Assembly: GCA_016199085.1 (NCBI GenBank)
Contig: JACQHJ010000001.1
Coordinates: 72,477-136,476, forward strand
DNA: 64,000 nt
Reading direction: 5' to 3'
Source: Candidatus Levyibacteriota bacterium
GTDB taxonomy: Bacteria > Patescibacteriota > Microgenomatia > Levybacterales > UBA12049
In this document: positions 1 through 9,892 of the stretch, in pieces
Layout: every line of letters begins with the position of its first letter
Numbering within the stretch: position 1 is the stretch's first letter
Made by a program: the position numbers and the translations under genes
Notes under the pieces: model-generated
Told to the model about the DNA's origin: nothing
The model's database searches: none
The model's input: only the letters and a program-made list of their open reading frames with translations

Positions 1-7
1 TTCTGAG

Positions 8-526
8 ATGGAAAAAGACGTATTCAAAGAATTAGTTGCTAAAGGGTATTATATTAAAAATCCAAAAAATCAAAAAGCCTTCCTTATTGTTTTTGGAATA
101 TGGTCTTTATTTACTTTAAATATTTTTCTTGCATTCACGTTCTTTTTCCTTGCTAAGAAATTAAATGGAAGAACGGCTCTTGGTGATGAAATAGATTATA
201 AAATTGACGGTCTTAAACTCTTCTTAAAATCAATGGATAGAAACTATAAATGGCAGGCGGAAAAATTCTATATCGTTGAACAAATGATCCCCTATGCAAT
301 GGCACTTGGCTACATTGATAAGTTTATGGAAGCGTTAAAAATAATAAAACCAGATTATAACCCCTCCTGGTATAGAGGATATAGCGGAAATTTCTATGTA
401 GGTTATGCGGCTTTTTACGCAGCGTCAGCTTCTAATATGACAACATCTGCTCCTTCTTCGTCAAGCGGTTTCTCAGGTGGATCGTCCGGCGGTGGTGGAG
501 GCGGAGGGGGAGGAGGAAGCTGGTGA
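8..526 (+). CDS. C-terminal part of a DUF2207-like membrane protein; probably begins upstream of the window
   Basis: TM segments, a conserved PYAMALG..W block and a terminal run SSGFSGGSSGGGGGGGGGGSW, as in the DUF2207 C-terminus; the ORF abuts the window edge. Confidence 0.5.
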   Translation: MEKDVFKELVAKGYYIKNPKNQKAFLIVFGIWSLFTLNIFLAFTFFFLAKKLNGRTALGDEIDYKIDGLKLFLKSMDRNYKWQAEKFYIVEQMIPYAMALGYIDKFMEALKIIKPDYNPSWYRGYSGNFYVGYAAFYAASASNMTTSAPSSSSGFSGGSSGGGGGGGGGGSW

Positions 527-945
527 AAATTAGAGGTTATAAAAATTCAGATTATTCTTCAGTTAAATTAATACTCAAACAATCAGATCTTTACGACGAG
601 ATTTGGGATAGTGAAGAAAACTTAAAGGGAATGATTGATAAAAATCCAGAGTCTATTTTAGTTACTGAAGATAATACAAAGCTTATTGCAGTTATTTATT
701 TAATTTCATTTGGTTCAAAAGTATCATTTATTTTTAGGTTGGCTGTAAAAAAAGAATATAGGAATAAAGGAATTGCAACCAAGCTTGTCGAGTTTGCTAA
801 AGATGTTTTATCTAAAAAAGGAGTATCTGAGGTCGGTCTTTTCGCTGATGCAAATAACAAACAGCTCTATAGGTTTTATAATAAACGATCATTTCAAACA
901 TCAAATAAGCATTGGATTTATCTTTGGAAAAAATTAAGTCAATAA
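523..945 (+). CDS. GNAT-family N-acetyltransferase
   Basis: Acetyl-CoA-binding-like motif RLAVKKEYRNKGIATKLV, about 140 aa; GTG start overlaps the upstream stop. Confidence 0.5.
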   Translation: MKIRGYKNSDYSSVKLILKQSDLYDEIWDSEENLKGMIDKNPESILVTEDNTKLIAVIYLISFGSKVSFIFRLAVKKEYRNKGIATKLVEFAKDVLSKKGVSEVGLFADANNKQLYRFYNKRSFQTSNKHWIYLWKKLSQ

Positions 946-1154
946 TTTAATTTTTATCATCTCTTGACAGGAAAACTTGACAGTAGTATACAAAGGTTGT
1001 GAAAGGGAATTCTTTAAAAAGAACATATCCACACGGTGGAGGATTATTTTGGCAAAAGGCATATAAAAGAAACGGAAAATTGGTAAAGGCTCATTTTAAA
1101 ACAAAACCGGACAACATAACCTCTAATAACAGAAAGAATATTTTGGGATATTAG

Positions 1155-2249
1155 CTATTTTTCCCAAGGAAAGTGGTCTCTTCCAAAGTGGCCATAAGCA
1201 GAAGTTCTTAAATAAATTGGTCTTTGTAGATTTAATCCTTCAATTATTCCTTCAACAGAGGTATCTAAAAGTTGTTTCATAAAATCCTTTATAACTTTTA
1301 TATTTTTTTTCTCTGTTTGGAAAGTTTCAACATCCTGCATAACGGGTTTTTTAGCTCCGATAAAATAGGCAAGCCTTACTTCTGCTTTGTCTGCAAGTTT
1401 TTCTTTAACAATGTTTTTGGCAAGGTATCTGGCAGCATAAGCCCCACTTCTGTCAACTTTTGTCGGATCTTTTCCGCTAAAAGCTCCTCCCCCAACCCTT
1501 GCATATCCTCCGTATGTGTCAACGATAATTTTCCTTCCAGTCAGTCCTGCGTCTGATGCGGGTCCTGGCATATGCCAAACACCAGTTCCATTTACAATCA
1601 AGTCTTTAATGTTTATCTTAAATCCAAATTCATCCAAAACATACCCTACAACTTCTTTATAAAGGTCTTTTTTAACCTCTTTTATGTCAACATCTTCTCT
1701 GTGGGGAACTGCAATTACAACCTGGAGGATCCTAGAAGGCAGTCCGTTTTTATACTCTATAGTTACCTGAGATTTTCCATCAGGGCGAAGATATTTTAAA
1801 ATCTTTTTCTCTCGGACTTCGTCAATTCTTTGCGTTAATTTATGTGCAATCATTATCGGAAGGGGCATTAATGTTTTTGTTTCCCTGCAGGCAAATCCAA
1901 ACATCATGCCTTGATCTCCTGCGCCTTTTTTCTTTACTCCTTGTGCAATTTCCCTTGATTGTTCGTGGATATATATTTCAATAGGGGATTTGTCGCTAAA
2001 ATTGAAAATATCCTCTGTATATCCTAGGTCTCTTATTCTTTTTCTGGCAACTTTTTCATAGTCTATCTTCGCATTGGCGGTTACTTCTCCCGCAAGAACG
2101 ACTCTGTTAAAGGCAGCCATTGTTTCAACCGCAACTCTTCCATAAGGATCATGTCTTAAGACCTCGTCTAGGATTGCATCCGATATTGAATCACAAATCT
2201 TATCCGGGTGTCCGCTGCAAACTGATTCTGACGTAAAAATATAATCCAT
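1155..2249 (-). CDS. metK: S-adenosylmethionine synthetase
   Basis: GHPDKICDSISDAILDE, GAGDQG and GGGAFSGKDPTKVDRSGAYAARYLAKN signatures. Confidence 0.95.
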   Translation of the reverse strand: MDYIFTSESVCSGHPDKICDSISDAILDEVLRHDPYGRVAVETMAAFNRVVLAGEVTANAKIDYEKVARKRIRDLGYTEDIFNFSDKSPIEIYIHEQSREIAQGVKKKGAGDQGMMFGFACRETKTLMPLPIMIAHKLTQRIDEVREKKILKYLRPDGKSQVTIEYKNGLPSRILQVVIAVPHREDVDIKEVKKDLYKEVVGYVLDEFGFKINIKDLIVNGTGVWHMPGPASDAGLTGRKIIVDTYGGYARVGGGAFSGKDPTKVDRSGAYAARYLAKNIVKEKLADKAEVRLAYFIGAKKPVMQDVETFQTEKKNIKVIKDFMKQLLDTSVEGIIEGLNLQRPIYLRTSAYGHFGRDHFPWEK

Positions 2250-2373
2250 AAAAAAACTCTCAAAAAGAGAGTCAAGATTTTGTCTTTTTAAGACCTCATC
2301 CTCCAGGCACCGTAGTCTTTCTCGGTTGCCGGTCCGCTACTTTGCGGGCTCTCTTGATGAACAATACTTTAAA
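2250..2373 (-). promoter_or_regulatory. SAM-I-family riboswitch-like leader (SAM-I/IV-like, no P4) with an intrinsic terminator, directly upstream of metK
   Basis: Minus-strand RNA UUCAUCAAGAGAGCCCGC..GCGGACCGGCAACC..GGUGCCUGGAGGAUGAGG carries the P1, AAGAG, GCAACC, GGUGCC and GAUGAG core elements. It is followed by CUCUCUUUUUGAGAG plus a U7 tract immediately before the AUG. Confidence 0.55.
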
Positions 2374-3063
2374 TTATTGATTCATTGCATTCTGACATGC
2401 TGCTTTTGCGTCTGCGTCTGTTATTGAATCACAAAGCGATGAATCATAACCTGTTCCCTCATTGTCTTTCATTATTTTTGTCGTTTCTTCCATCATTTTC
2501 GAATAGTCTGTGAATTTAACGTTGGATGGGGGATTAAATTTGGATTGATCAGCTCCCCATGGGTTGCATTTATAATCAAGTTGCTTATTATAGTCAAAAT
2601 ATTTATTTGCCTCATTGGTCTCGGTTTTTAGATCATCTGGGGAAATAGTCATTTTTATCCCGCTTTCCATTTGATCTCCCCAAATATAATTGTCATTGCC
2701 TTTTCTAATCATACTCATATTTGTTACTTTTCCATCTACGGTGGTTTGAAAATCTCCGCGCATATTGCCTGAAGAAACATACACGGTTCCTTTTCCTGAG
2801 AATTCATTATCTGTGCCTGTCATGTCGAAGCTGCAAGTGACATTGGCCCCGCTTGTAATAAGGTTAACCAAGGAATTCATAGCTGAATTTGTGGTTTGCT
2901 CTCCAGAAGTAGTATTTGATGTTTGGTTTTGCTGGGGAGTAGTATTTTTACCAAACATTAAGTATCCGCCAAGCCCAAGCAAAAGAAGAATAATAACTGC
3001 GGCTGCGATAATTAATTGTTTTTGTTTTAACATTAAAAAAGAGTATATAACGCAAATTTTCAA
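2374..3063 (-). CDS. hypothetical secreted or membrane-anchored protein (N-terminal TM, S/T/N-rich, four Cys)
   Basis: Hydrophobic N-terminus AAAVIILLLLGLGGYLMFG followed by a polar domain; no recognisable family. Confidence 0.45.
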   Translation of the reverse strand: MKICVIYSFLMLKQKQLIIAAAVIILLLLGLGGYLMFGKNTTPQQNQTSNTTSGEQTTNSAMNSLVNLITSGANVTCSFDMTGTDNEFSGKGTVYVSSGNMRGDFQTTVDGKVTNMSMIRKGNDNYIWGDQMESGIKMTISPDDLKTETNEANKYFDYNKQLDYKCNPWGADQSKFNPPSNVKFTDYSKMMEETTKIMKDNEGTGYDSSLCDSITDADAKAACQNAMNQ

Positions 3064-3115
3064 TAGTCAATAGTAATTAAAACCCTTGACAAATACATTT
3101 AAAAAAGAGCAATAA

Positions 3116-3304
3116 TTGTATATGGCAAAGAAAGCAGCTAAAAAGACAAAATACGAAAGCTTTAAGCTCTACGGTAAATATGAGAGGGCACAGATTGCAA
3201 TTTTTACAGTAACTGACCTTTTAATAGGTGTAGTTTTGGGATACCTGCTCCAGCCATATATCGCCGCTGCTATTACAGCCTACGCTGCAAATTCCGCCTT
3301 CTAA
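3116..3304 (+). CDS. small hypothetical membrane protein (62 aa)
   Basis: Lys-rich N-terminus and one TM; a TTGACA..AATAAT-like promoter lies just upstream. Confidence 0.3.
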   Translation: MYMAKKAAKKTKYESFKLYGKYERAQIAIFTVTDLLIGVVLGYLLQPYIAAAITAYAANSAF

Positions 3305-4749
3305 ATTCTTGGGAATAGAGATTTTTGTAAGGCTATATCGGTCTTTGTAAATTGGTCGACAATTTTCTTTGCGGTTTGCGGCATAAAAGGCTCAAGTAAA
3401 ATACCAATTTCCACAATCTGATCTACAGCGTGGGCGAGAATTGCCGACAATTCTCTTCCTTTGTGATTGGTTGAGACCTTTAGAAGTTCCCAGGGTTTTT
3501 CCTCATTTATGAATTTATCCAATTTTGTAATTTTTTGAAAAACAAGGCTTAGTGCTTCATTGAACCTAAATTCATCCAATGCTTTTTTATAGTCTTCAAT
3601 AATGTCTATGAAATGGAAATTTTTCTCTCCGGCAAGTGTTTTAAATCCCGAAGTCTCGCATAGCTTACTAACTCTTGCGATTAAATTTCCAAGTCCGTTT
3701 GCCAAATCTGCGTTATAAACTTGCCTAAACTTTTCTTCTGAGAAATCTCCATCACTAAAAGGAGAAAATTTGGAAAGACAGTAATAGCGAAGAGCGTCTG
3801 CTCCGTATTTTTCTATTAAAACACTTGGGTCAATAACGTTTCCTAAACTTTTAGACATTTTCTGTCCGTTAACCGTAAAGTATTCATGGACAAAGATTTT
3901 TTTGGGTAAGAAAAGTCCGGCCGAGATTAAAAATGCAGGCCAATAAACGGCGTGGAATCTGATTATTCCTTTCCCGATAACATGAAGATCTGCTGGCCAC
4001 CATTTTTTATAAAGATTTTCATCGGATCCAAATCCAACCGCTGTTTGGTAAATGTTTAAAGCGTCAAACCAGACATAAACTTTTTGTGTCGGATCGTTAG
4101 GGACCGGAACTCCCCAGTTTTTTGCCCTTTCATTTGATCTTGAAATACTTATATCTTCAAGACCCTTTTTAACAAAGGAGAGCATTTCGTTTCTTCTAAA
4201 GTCAGGAACTATTTCAAGCTCGTTTGATTCAATTAGTTTTAAGATTTTATCAGTATAGTTTGAGAGTTTGAAAAAATAGTTTTCTTCGCTTACTTCTTCA
4301 AGTGGTTTTCCCGGGTGTTCATGGCACTCTCCGTTTTCATCAAGTTCTTCTTTGGTATAAAACTGCTCGCATCCTACGCAATAAAGACCTTTATACGATT
4401 TCTTATAAATATCTTTTTGACAAAGTTGCCAAAGTTTCTGGGAGGATTTGATGTGTTTTTCTTCGCTTCCTTTGACTATGCTGTCAAATTTAATACCAAG
4501 TTTTTCCCAAAGATCCAAAAAAAGCTTTCCGTTTTTATCAACCAGCTCCTGAACGGTTATTCTTTCTTCTTCTGCAGCCTGGACATTTTTTAAAGAGTTT
4601 TCGTCATAGCCACATGACAAAAAAACGTCTTTTCCAAGAGTTTTTTGATACCTTGCAATCGTGTCTGATTGAATAAATTCAAGCGCATGGCCCAGGTGGG
4701 GCCTAAAATTCACGTATGGTATTGCGTTTGTAATATAGTATTTGTTCAT
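3301..4749 (-). CDS. metG: methionyl-tRNA synthetase, compact form
   Basis: HIGH-type motif PHLGHALE near the N-terminus and KMSKSLGNVI; 482 aa with no C-terminal appended domain. Confidence 0.9.
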   Translation of the reverse strand: MNKYYITNAIPYVNFRPHLGHALEFIQSDTIARYQKTLGKDVFLSCGYDENSLKNVQAAEEERITVQELVDKNGKLFLDLWEKLGIKFDSIVKGSEEKHIKSSQKLWQLCQKDIYKKSYKGLYCVGCEQFYTKEELDENGECHEHPGKPLEEVSEENYFFKLSNYTDKILKLIESNELEIVPDFRRNEMLSFVKKGLEDISISRSNERAKNWGVPVPNDPTQKVYVWFDALNIYQTAVGFGSDENLYKKWWPADLHVIGKGIIRFHAVYWPAFLISAGLFLPKKIFVHEYFTVNGQKMSKSLGNVIDPSVLIEKYGADALRYYCLSKFSPFSDGDFSEEKFRQVYNADLANGLGNLIARVSKLCETSGFKTLAGEKNFHFIDIIEDYKKALDEFRFNEALSLVFQKITKLDKFINEEKPWELLKVSTNHKGRELSAILAHAVDQIVEIGILLEPFMPQTAKKIVDQFTKTDIALQKSLFPRI

Positions 4750-4788
4750 CGATTGAATTGTAACAAAGATTGCAAGCTAAGGAAAGAA

Positions 4789-5124
4789 TTAATGTTTTCT
4801 AAAAAAGAAAAGTTCAGTTGCTGCAAATAATATAAAAAGCAAAACCAGGAAGAAGGTTTGGTTAAGATTATTTAATCTAAGAATTAAATAAATCAAAGAA
4901 AAAGTAGCAAGAAGTAACCCTTGGATTTTATTTGCAAAAATAAACCAAACGGTTGTCCAAAGAAAAATAAACAAAAGTAAAAAACCAATAGGTATTGCTG
5001 TTATTTTAAGAGAGGAAAAAGAAACAGTTGTATTGGGTGAAAAGGCAAAGACAAGATAGATTAAGCAAATTAAAGAAATAACAGAAAGAACAGGAAGGAT
5101 TAAAAGTTTCTTTCTTTTTCGCAT
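4789..5124 (-). CDS. hypothetical multi-pass small membrane protein
   Basis: 111 aa, almost entirely hydrophobic helices. Confidence 0.35.
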   Translation of the reverse strand: MRKRKKLLILPVLSVISLICLIYLVFAFSPNTTVSFSSLKITAIPIGFLLLFIFLWTTVWFIFANKIQGLLLATFSLIYLILRLNNLNQTFFLVLLFILFAATELFFFRKH

Positions 5125-5227
5125 ATATAAAAGTTTAGCATAAACAAACTTCTTTCAGGCTTTGGAAGTAGGTTTTGTTAACTGTGTTATTAAATGTGCA
5201 GGAATTAATTGAGGTCCAATTTCCCTC

Positions 5228-5265
5228 TTGACAAGATTTTGGCAGTCGTGATATATTACTGCTAA
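5228..5265 (+). promoter_or_regulatory. hrcA promoter (TTGACA-18-TATATT) overlapped by a CIRCE-like inverted repeat TTGGCAGTC-N9-TACTGCTAA
   Basis: Each arm matches the CIRCE consensus TTAGCACTC-N9-GAGTGCTAA at 7 of 9 positions with a compensatory change; it sits about 75 nt upstream of the hrcA start. Confidence 0.45.
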
Positions 5266-5339
5266 CCTGGATACGACGCATTTTCAGTAAGATATATTTG
5301 TAGATCTATACGGGCGCTTATCTGGGTAAAGGATTTATT

Positions 5340-6071
5340 ATGCACGACTTAACGTCTAGACAAGTCGATATTTTAAAAAGTCTCATCGAAGAATATATAG
5401 AGACTGCGGAAGCGGTCGGCTCTGAGACTTTAGAAAAAAAGCATAATTTGTCTGCAAGCCCTGCAACGATTCGAAACGAAATGGTTCGGCTTACAGAGCT
5501 TGGGTACCTTAAAAAACCGCACATCTCGGCTGGTAGAGTTCCGACTCCCTTGGGGATGAGGTTCTACGTCAAGCAGCTGATGAAAGAAAAAGAGCTCTCG
5601 GTTGCAGAAGAAGTCTCATTAAAGGAAAAAGTTTGGGATTTAAGAGAAAAAGAAAGAGTTTTCTTAAAAGAATTAACCAAAACTTTGGCTGAGCGAACAA
5701 AAGCTTTGGCAATAACAACAACCGATGAAGGAGATCTTTTCTGTGCAGGCTATGCAAATGTTTTGGACAATCCGGAGTTTTTGGATATTGATGTAACCAA
5801 GAATTTATTATCGGCAGTTGACGAATTTGAATATTTCAAGAGCCTGTTTTCAGAACAGGAAGATGATGACGAGATCCATATACTCCTTGGAGAAGATCTT
5901 GGACCAAGATTAAACGGTCCATACGGATTTGTCTATATAAAATACCATACGCCTATGAAGTTAACAGGAAAAGTTGGCGTTTTGGGACCGGCAAGACTTA
6001 ATTATAACTTTGTTGTCCCAACTGTAAGATATTTCGGAGATTTAATAGGAGAGATAGCAAAGGGTTGGTAA
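5340..6071 (+). CDS. hrcA: heat-inducible transcription repressor HrcA
   Basis: N-terminal winged-HTH SRQVDILKSLIEEYIETAEAVGSETL and TIRNEMVRLTELGYL; gene order hrcA-grpE-dnaK. Confidence 0.9.
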   Translation: MHDLTSRQVDILKSLIEEYIETAEAVGSETLEKKHNLSASPATIRNEMVRLTELGYLKKPHISAGRVPTPLGMRFYVKQLMKEKELSVAEEVSLKEKVWDLREKERVFLKELTKTLAERTKALAITTTDEGDLFCAGYANVLDNPEFLDIDVTKNLLSAVDEFEYFKSLFSEQEDDDEIHILLGEDLGPRLNGPYGFVYIKYHTPMKLTGKVGVLGPARLNYNFVVPTVRYFGDLIGEIAKGW

Positions 6072-6072
6072 A

Positions 6073-6501
6073 ATGAAAAAAAATGAAAAGAAAATCGATA
6101 CAAATGAATTTGAGAACCTTGAAAATCAACTAAAAAGGGCATTGGCTGACTATCAAAACTTGGAAAAAAGGATAGCAGGTGAAAAAAGCGAGTGGATTAA
6201 GTTATCTAATAAGGATTTACTGCTTAGACTTTTACCCGGACTTGACAGTTTGCTTTTAGCCGAGAAACATACCCAAGATGATGGAGTTAAAGTTTCAATA
6301 AGACACTTTTTGGATATTTTGGAACAAGAAGGTGTCAAAAAAATTGAAACAGAGGGGAAAGATTTTGACCCTAAAGCAATGGAAGCGGTTTCAACAAGAG
6401 TTGGAGAAGAAGGAAAGGTAGTAGAAGAGTTAAGAGCAGGATATACGCTTTTTGACTTGGTACTTAGACCAGCGCAAGTAATAGTAGGAAGCAAAAGTTA
6501 A
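6073..6501 (+). CDS. grpE: nucleotide exchange factor GrpE (short, 142 aa)
   Basis: LLPGLDSL, FDPKAMEAV and GYTLFDLVLRPAQVIV conserved blocks; operon context. Confidence 0.85.
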   Translation: MKKNEKKIDTNEFENLENQLKRALADYQNLEKRIAGEKSEWIKLSNKDLLLRLLPGLDSLLLAEKHTQDDGVKVSIRHFLDILEQEGVKKIETEGKDFDPKAMEAVSTRVGEEGKVVEELRAGYTLFDLVLRPAQVIVGSKS

Positions 6502-6568
6502 AAGCGAAAAGTTTAGAAATATTTTGAATTTTTCATTTTTAATTTTATAATATAGAAAGAAATAAATT

Positions 6569-8488
6569 ATGGGAAAAATAATTGGAATTGATTTAGGTAC
6601 AACAAACAGCGCTGTTGCGGTAATGGAGGGAGGAACTCCCAAAATTATACATTCTGCTGAAGGGCGTAATGTTATTCCATCGGTAGTTGATCCGATATCT
6701 CATGTCGTGGGAGACGTTGCTAAAAGACAAATTGTCTTAAAGCCTAAAACGACAGTCTTTTCCATAAAGAGACTGATGGGAAGGAAATTTAATGATGATT
6801 CGGTTCAGTTTGATATTAAATGGCTTCCCTATACAATCAAAGCCGGAAGAGACGGAATGGCCGATGTCGAAGTTGACGGAAGAACATTTACTCCTCAGGA
6901 AATTTCCGCAATGATATTGCAAAAGATAAAATCCGATGCAGAGGCGTACCTTGGAAGCAAAGTTACTCAAGCTGTTATCACAGTCCCAGCATATTTTGAT
7001 GACAGTCAAAGACAAGCTACAAAACAGGCTGGTGAAATCGCAGGACTTGAAGTATTAAGAATCATAAACGAACCAACAGCAGCGGCTTTGGCCTATGGCC
7101 TTGATAAGAAAAATGCCCATACAATTGCAGTCTATGATCTAGGCGGCGGAACTTTTGATATCTCAATTTTGGAACTTGGAGAAGGAGTCTACCAGGTAAA
7201 ATCAACAAACGGAGACACCCATCTTGGTGGAGACGATTTTGATCAGACAATAATAGATTATTTGGCCGAAGAATTCAAAAAAGAAAACGGTATTGATCTT
7301 AGGAAAGATCCACAAGCGCTTCAAAGACTTAGAGAATCTGCTGAAAAAGCAAAGATAGAATTGTCTTCATCTCAGGAAGCACAAATTAACCAACCCTTTA
7401 TCACCCAAGGCGAAGGCGGAACGCCACTTCATCTAACAATGACTTTAACCAGAGCAAAGCTTGAGCAAATAGTTGATCCCTTGATTCAAAAAACACTTAA
7501 ACCTGTAGAGCTTGCGTTAAAAGATGCAAAAATTAAAGTTTCGGATATTGACGAAATCGTAATGGTAGGCGGAATGACGAGAATGCCAAAGGTCTTAGAA
7601 ACCGTTACCAAGTTTTTCGGCAAAGAGTCAAACAAATCAGTCAATCCGGACGAAGTAGTTGCAATCGGAGCTGCAATCCAGGGGGGAGTTTTAGGAGGAG
7701 AAGTCAAGGATGTATTACTTTTAGACGTTACTCCTCTAACGCTTGGTATTGAAACCTTGGGTAGTGTATCAACTCCTTTAATTGAGAGAAATACAACTAT
7801 TCCAACTTCCAAATCTCAGGTTTTTTCTACAGCAGCTGACAATCAAACACAGGTAGAAATAAATGTACTGCAGGGGGAGCGACCAATGGCAGCTGATAAT
7901 AAATCCCTTGGAAGGTTTGTTCTAGACGGAATTCCACCTGCTCAAAGGGGTGTTCCTCAAATTGAAGTTGCATTTGATCTTGATGCTTCTGGAATATTAA
8001 ATGTAAAAGCAACCGATAAGGCAACTGGTAAAGAGCAAAGCATTAAAATAACAGGATCAACTGGTTTAACCAAAGAAGAAGTTGAGAAGATGACCAAAGA
8101 GGCTGAAGTTCATGCCGCAGAAGATGCACAGAAACGCGAAAAAATTGAAGCAAGAAACCAAGCAGACAGTCTTATCTTTACTGCCGAGAAATCACTCAAA
8201 GACGCAGGAGACAAAGTAACAGAAGAAGTTAAAAGCCAGGTTGAAGAGAAAGTCTCTGCACTAAAGGGGATTTTAGATTCAGGTTCTAAAGAAGATTTGG
8301 AAGCAAAAACCAAAGAGCTTTCAGATGCATTGCAAAAAGTAGGACAGGCTATGTATCAAAAACCAGGACAACAACCAGATGCTCAGGCTTCAGATGCAGC
8401 CGAGCCTAAGCCGGATGGAGAAGCTTCAAAAGACAGTGGGGAAAGTTCTAAAAAAGAAGAACCTGTTGAAGGAGAAGTAGTTAACTAA
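6569..8488 (+). CDS. dnaK: molecular chaperone DnaK (Hsp70)
   Basis: [21 protein letters not shown] and EKAKIELSS signatures; 639 aa. Confidence 0.97.
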   Translation: MGKIIGIDLGTTNSAVAVMEGGTPKIIHSAEGRNVIPSVVDPISHVVGDVAKRQIVLKPKTTVFSIKRLMGRKFNDDSVQFDIKWLPYTIKAGRDGMADVEVDGRTFTPQEISAMILQKIKSDAEAYLGSKVTQAVITVPAYFDDSQRQATKQAGEIAGLEVLRIINEPTAAALAYGLDKKNAHTIAVYDLGGGTFDISILELGEGVYQVKSTNGDTHLGGDDFDQTIIDYLAEEFKKENGIDLRKDPQALQRLRESAEKAKIELSSSQEAQINQPFITQGEGGTPLHLTMTLTRAKLEQIVDPLIQKTLKPVELALKDAKIKVSDIDEIVMVGGMTRMPKVLETVTKFFGKESNKSVNPDEVVAIGAAIQGGVLGGEVKDVLLLDVTPLTLGIETLGSVSTPLIERNTTIPTSKSQVFSTAADNQTQVEINVLQGERPMAADNKSLGRFVLDGIPPAQRGVPQIEVAFDLDASGILNVKATDKATGKEQSIKITGSTGLTKEEVEKMTKEAEVHAAEDAQKREKIEARNQADSLIFTAEKSLKDAGDKVTEEVKSQVEEKVSALKGILDSGSKEDLEAKTKELSDALQKVGQAMYQKPGQQPDAQASDAAEPKPDGEASKDSGESSKKEEPVEGEVVN

Positions 8489-8902
8489 ATGAAAAATTTA
8501 AAAACCGAGATTCTAGCACTTGCAAACTATGCAGATTTCTCAAAAGATGGAAAGCTAAGCATTATAGGAATTTTTGATCGTATATTCACTAAGGAAACTC
8601 CAAGCTCGTTTATTAGAGGTTTTTTGGTTTTTAGTATTTCCGGTGGGGAAAATAATTCAAAGCATCTCATTACGGTAATAATTAAAGATAGTTCAGGAAA
8701 AATAATACTTGAGAAAAAAGTAGAGATAGTTATGGGCTCTTCAGGTAAGGGAAATTTTATAGCAGAATTAGTTGGTCTTCCCTTGCCTGTATTTGGAGAA
8801 TATAAGGTTATTTTAAAAACACTTGAAAAGGAAATTGGAAACATAAATTTTTTTGTTACACTTCCTGATCAAGTAGTAAATAATACCCCACCCGTTAATT
8901 AG
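8489..8902 (+). CDS. hypothetical protein translationally coupled to dnaK (TAAATG)
   Basis: Its start overlaps the dnaK stop; 137 aa, no recognisable domain. Confidence 0.5.
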   Translation: MKNLKTEILALANYADFSKDGKLSIIGIFDRIFTKETPSSFIRGFLVFSISGGENNSKHLITVIIKDSSGKIILEKKVEIVMGSSGKGNFIAELVGLPLPVFGEYKVILKTLEKEIGNINFFVTLPDQVVNNTPPVN

Positions 8903-8937
8903 TTATATAGTTTATATTTTACACATAAAAGGGAGAC

Positions 8938-9825
8938 ATGAATTACGAGCGTTATAGAAGCGAAGCTTCAGACATTAATTTTTTTGGGAGATTAGAAGGA
9001 TCTATTGATTCTCCTTTTGTTTCTGCAGAAGTTGTTGATTTATCTAAAAAAAATTGGCAAAAGAGCGATTTTCAGTTAGCAAAATGGCATGTGCATGCAG
9101 AAGATCATGTAACATATCAATCCAATAAAGGTTTAGTTCATTTTAAATCCAGGAATCAGGATGGTATTTATGAGGTTTTATATGAACCCGTTGCTTATGA
9201 ATTGGGTAAAAAGTATCTTGGTCTTGACTATCCTGCGACAACAGCCAGTTATTTTTTTAATAATAATACATTGATTATAGGAACACTTTCTCATGCCTTT
9301 TTTACCCAAACTCTTCATACGGCTTCATCAGTATTTCAATCCGTTTTTTTCAAAAGATTAGATCCTTATTCATTTTTGGGTGAAACAGTTGCTGCGATTT
9401 GGTACAGAAATTGGGATTGGTTAGGAGAAAAATATGATAGTGTAATTTTTGGCCAAAATCTTTCTGGTTCATCGGCCTATTATATTATTGATAGAACTCA
9501 TATATTCAAAGGACCAAGGGGAGATATAAGCCAAGATCAATTAAAGAATTATGAAATTAATAATGTGTGGTGGTGGAATAAAAATAATTCAAAAATTAAA
9601 TTAGAAAATTGTCTCCCTTTTGTTAAAAAGATAGAACGGATTCCCGATGAGGTTATAAAGGCAATATGTCTAAAATGGGCAGATAAGATTGGAGAAATTG
9701 ATAATATTAATAAAAACAGATATCTGCGAATGGCGGAAGATTTAGCAAGCTATTTAATAGGCAATAAATGGCTAGTAAGACAAGAGCTTAGCGCATACTT
9801 TAATCATGGAATTCTCTCAATTTAG
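8938..9825 (+). CDS. hypothetical protein (295 aa) between dnaK and dnaJ
   Basis: Long ORF with no recognisable motif; followed by a terminator. Confidence 0.5.
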   Translation: MNYERYRSEASDINFFGRLEGSIDSPFVSAEVVDLSKKNWQKSDFQLAKWHVHAEDHVTYQSNKGLVHFKSRNQDGIYEVLYEPVAYELGKKYLGLDYPATTASYFFNNNTLIIGTLSHAFFTQTLHTASSVFQSVFFKRLDPYSFLGETVAAIWYRNWDWLGEKYDSVIFGQNLSGSSAYYIIDRTHIFKGPRGDISQDQLKNYEINNVWWWNKNNSKIKLENCLPFVKKIERIPDEVIKAICLKWADKIGEIDNINKNRYLRMAEDLASYLIGNKWLVRQELSAYFNHGILSI

Positions 9826-9854
9826 AAGATTATAATCCCAAAACTAAAAAAGAA

Positions 9855-9876
9855 AGCGCGTAATACGCGCTTTTAT
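9855..9876 (+). terminator. rho-independent terminator (AGCGCG-UAAUA-CGCGCU plus U-tract)
   Basis: Perfect 6-bp GC stem followed by TTTT. Confidence 0.5.
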
Positions 9877-9892
9877 AATATAATAAAAGCCT

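Noticed and set aside
1272-1799. Plus-strand ORFs 1272..1556 and 1572..1799
   Set aside because: Antisense inside metK; low-complexity translations.
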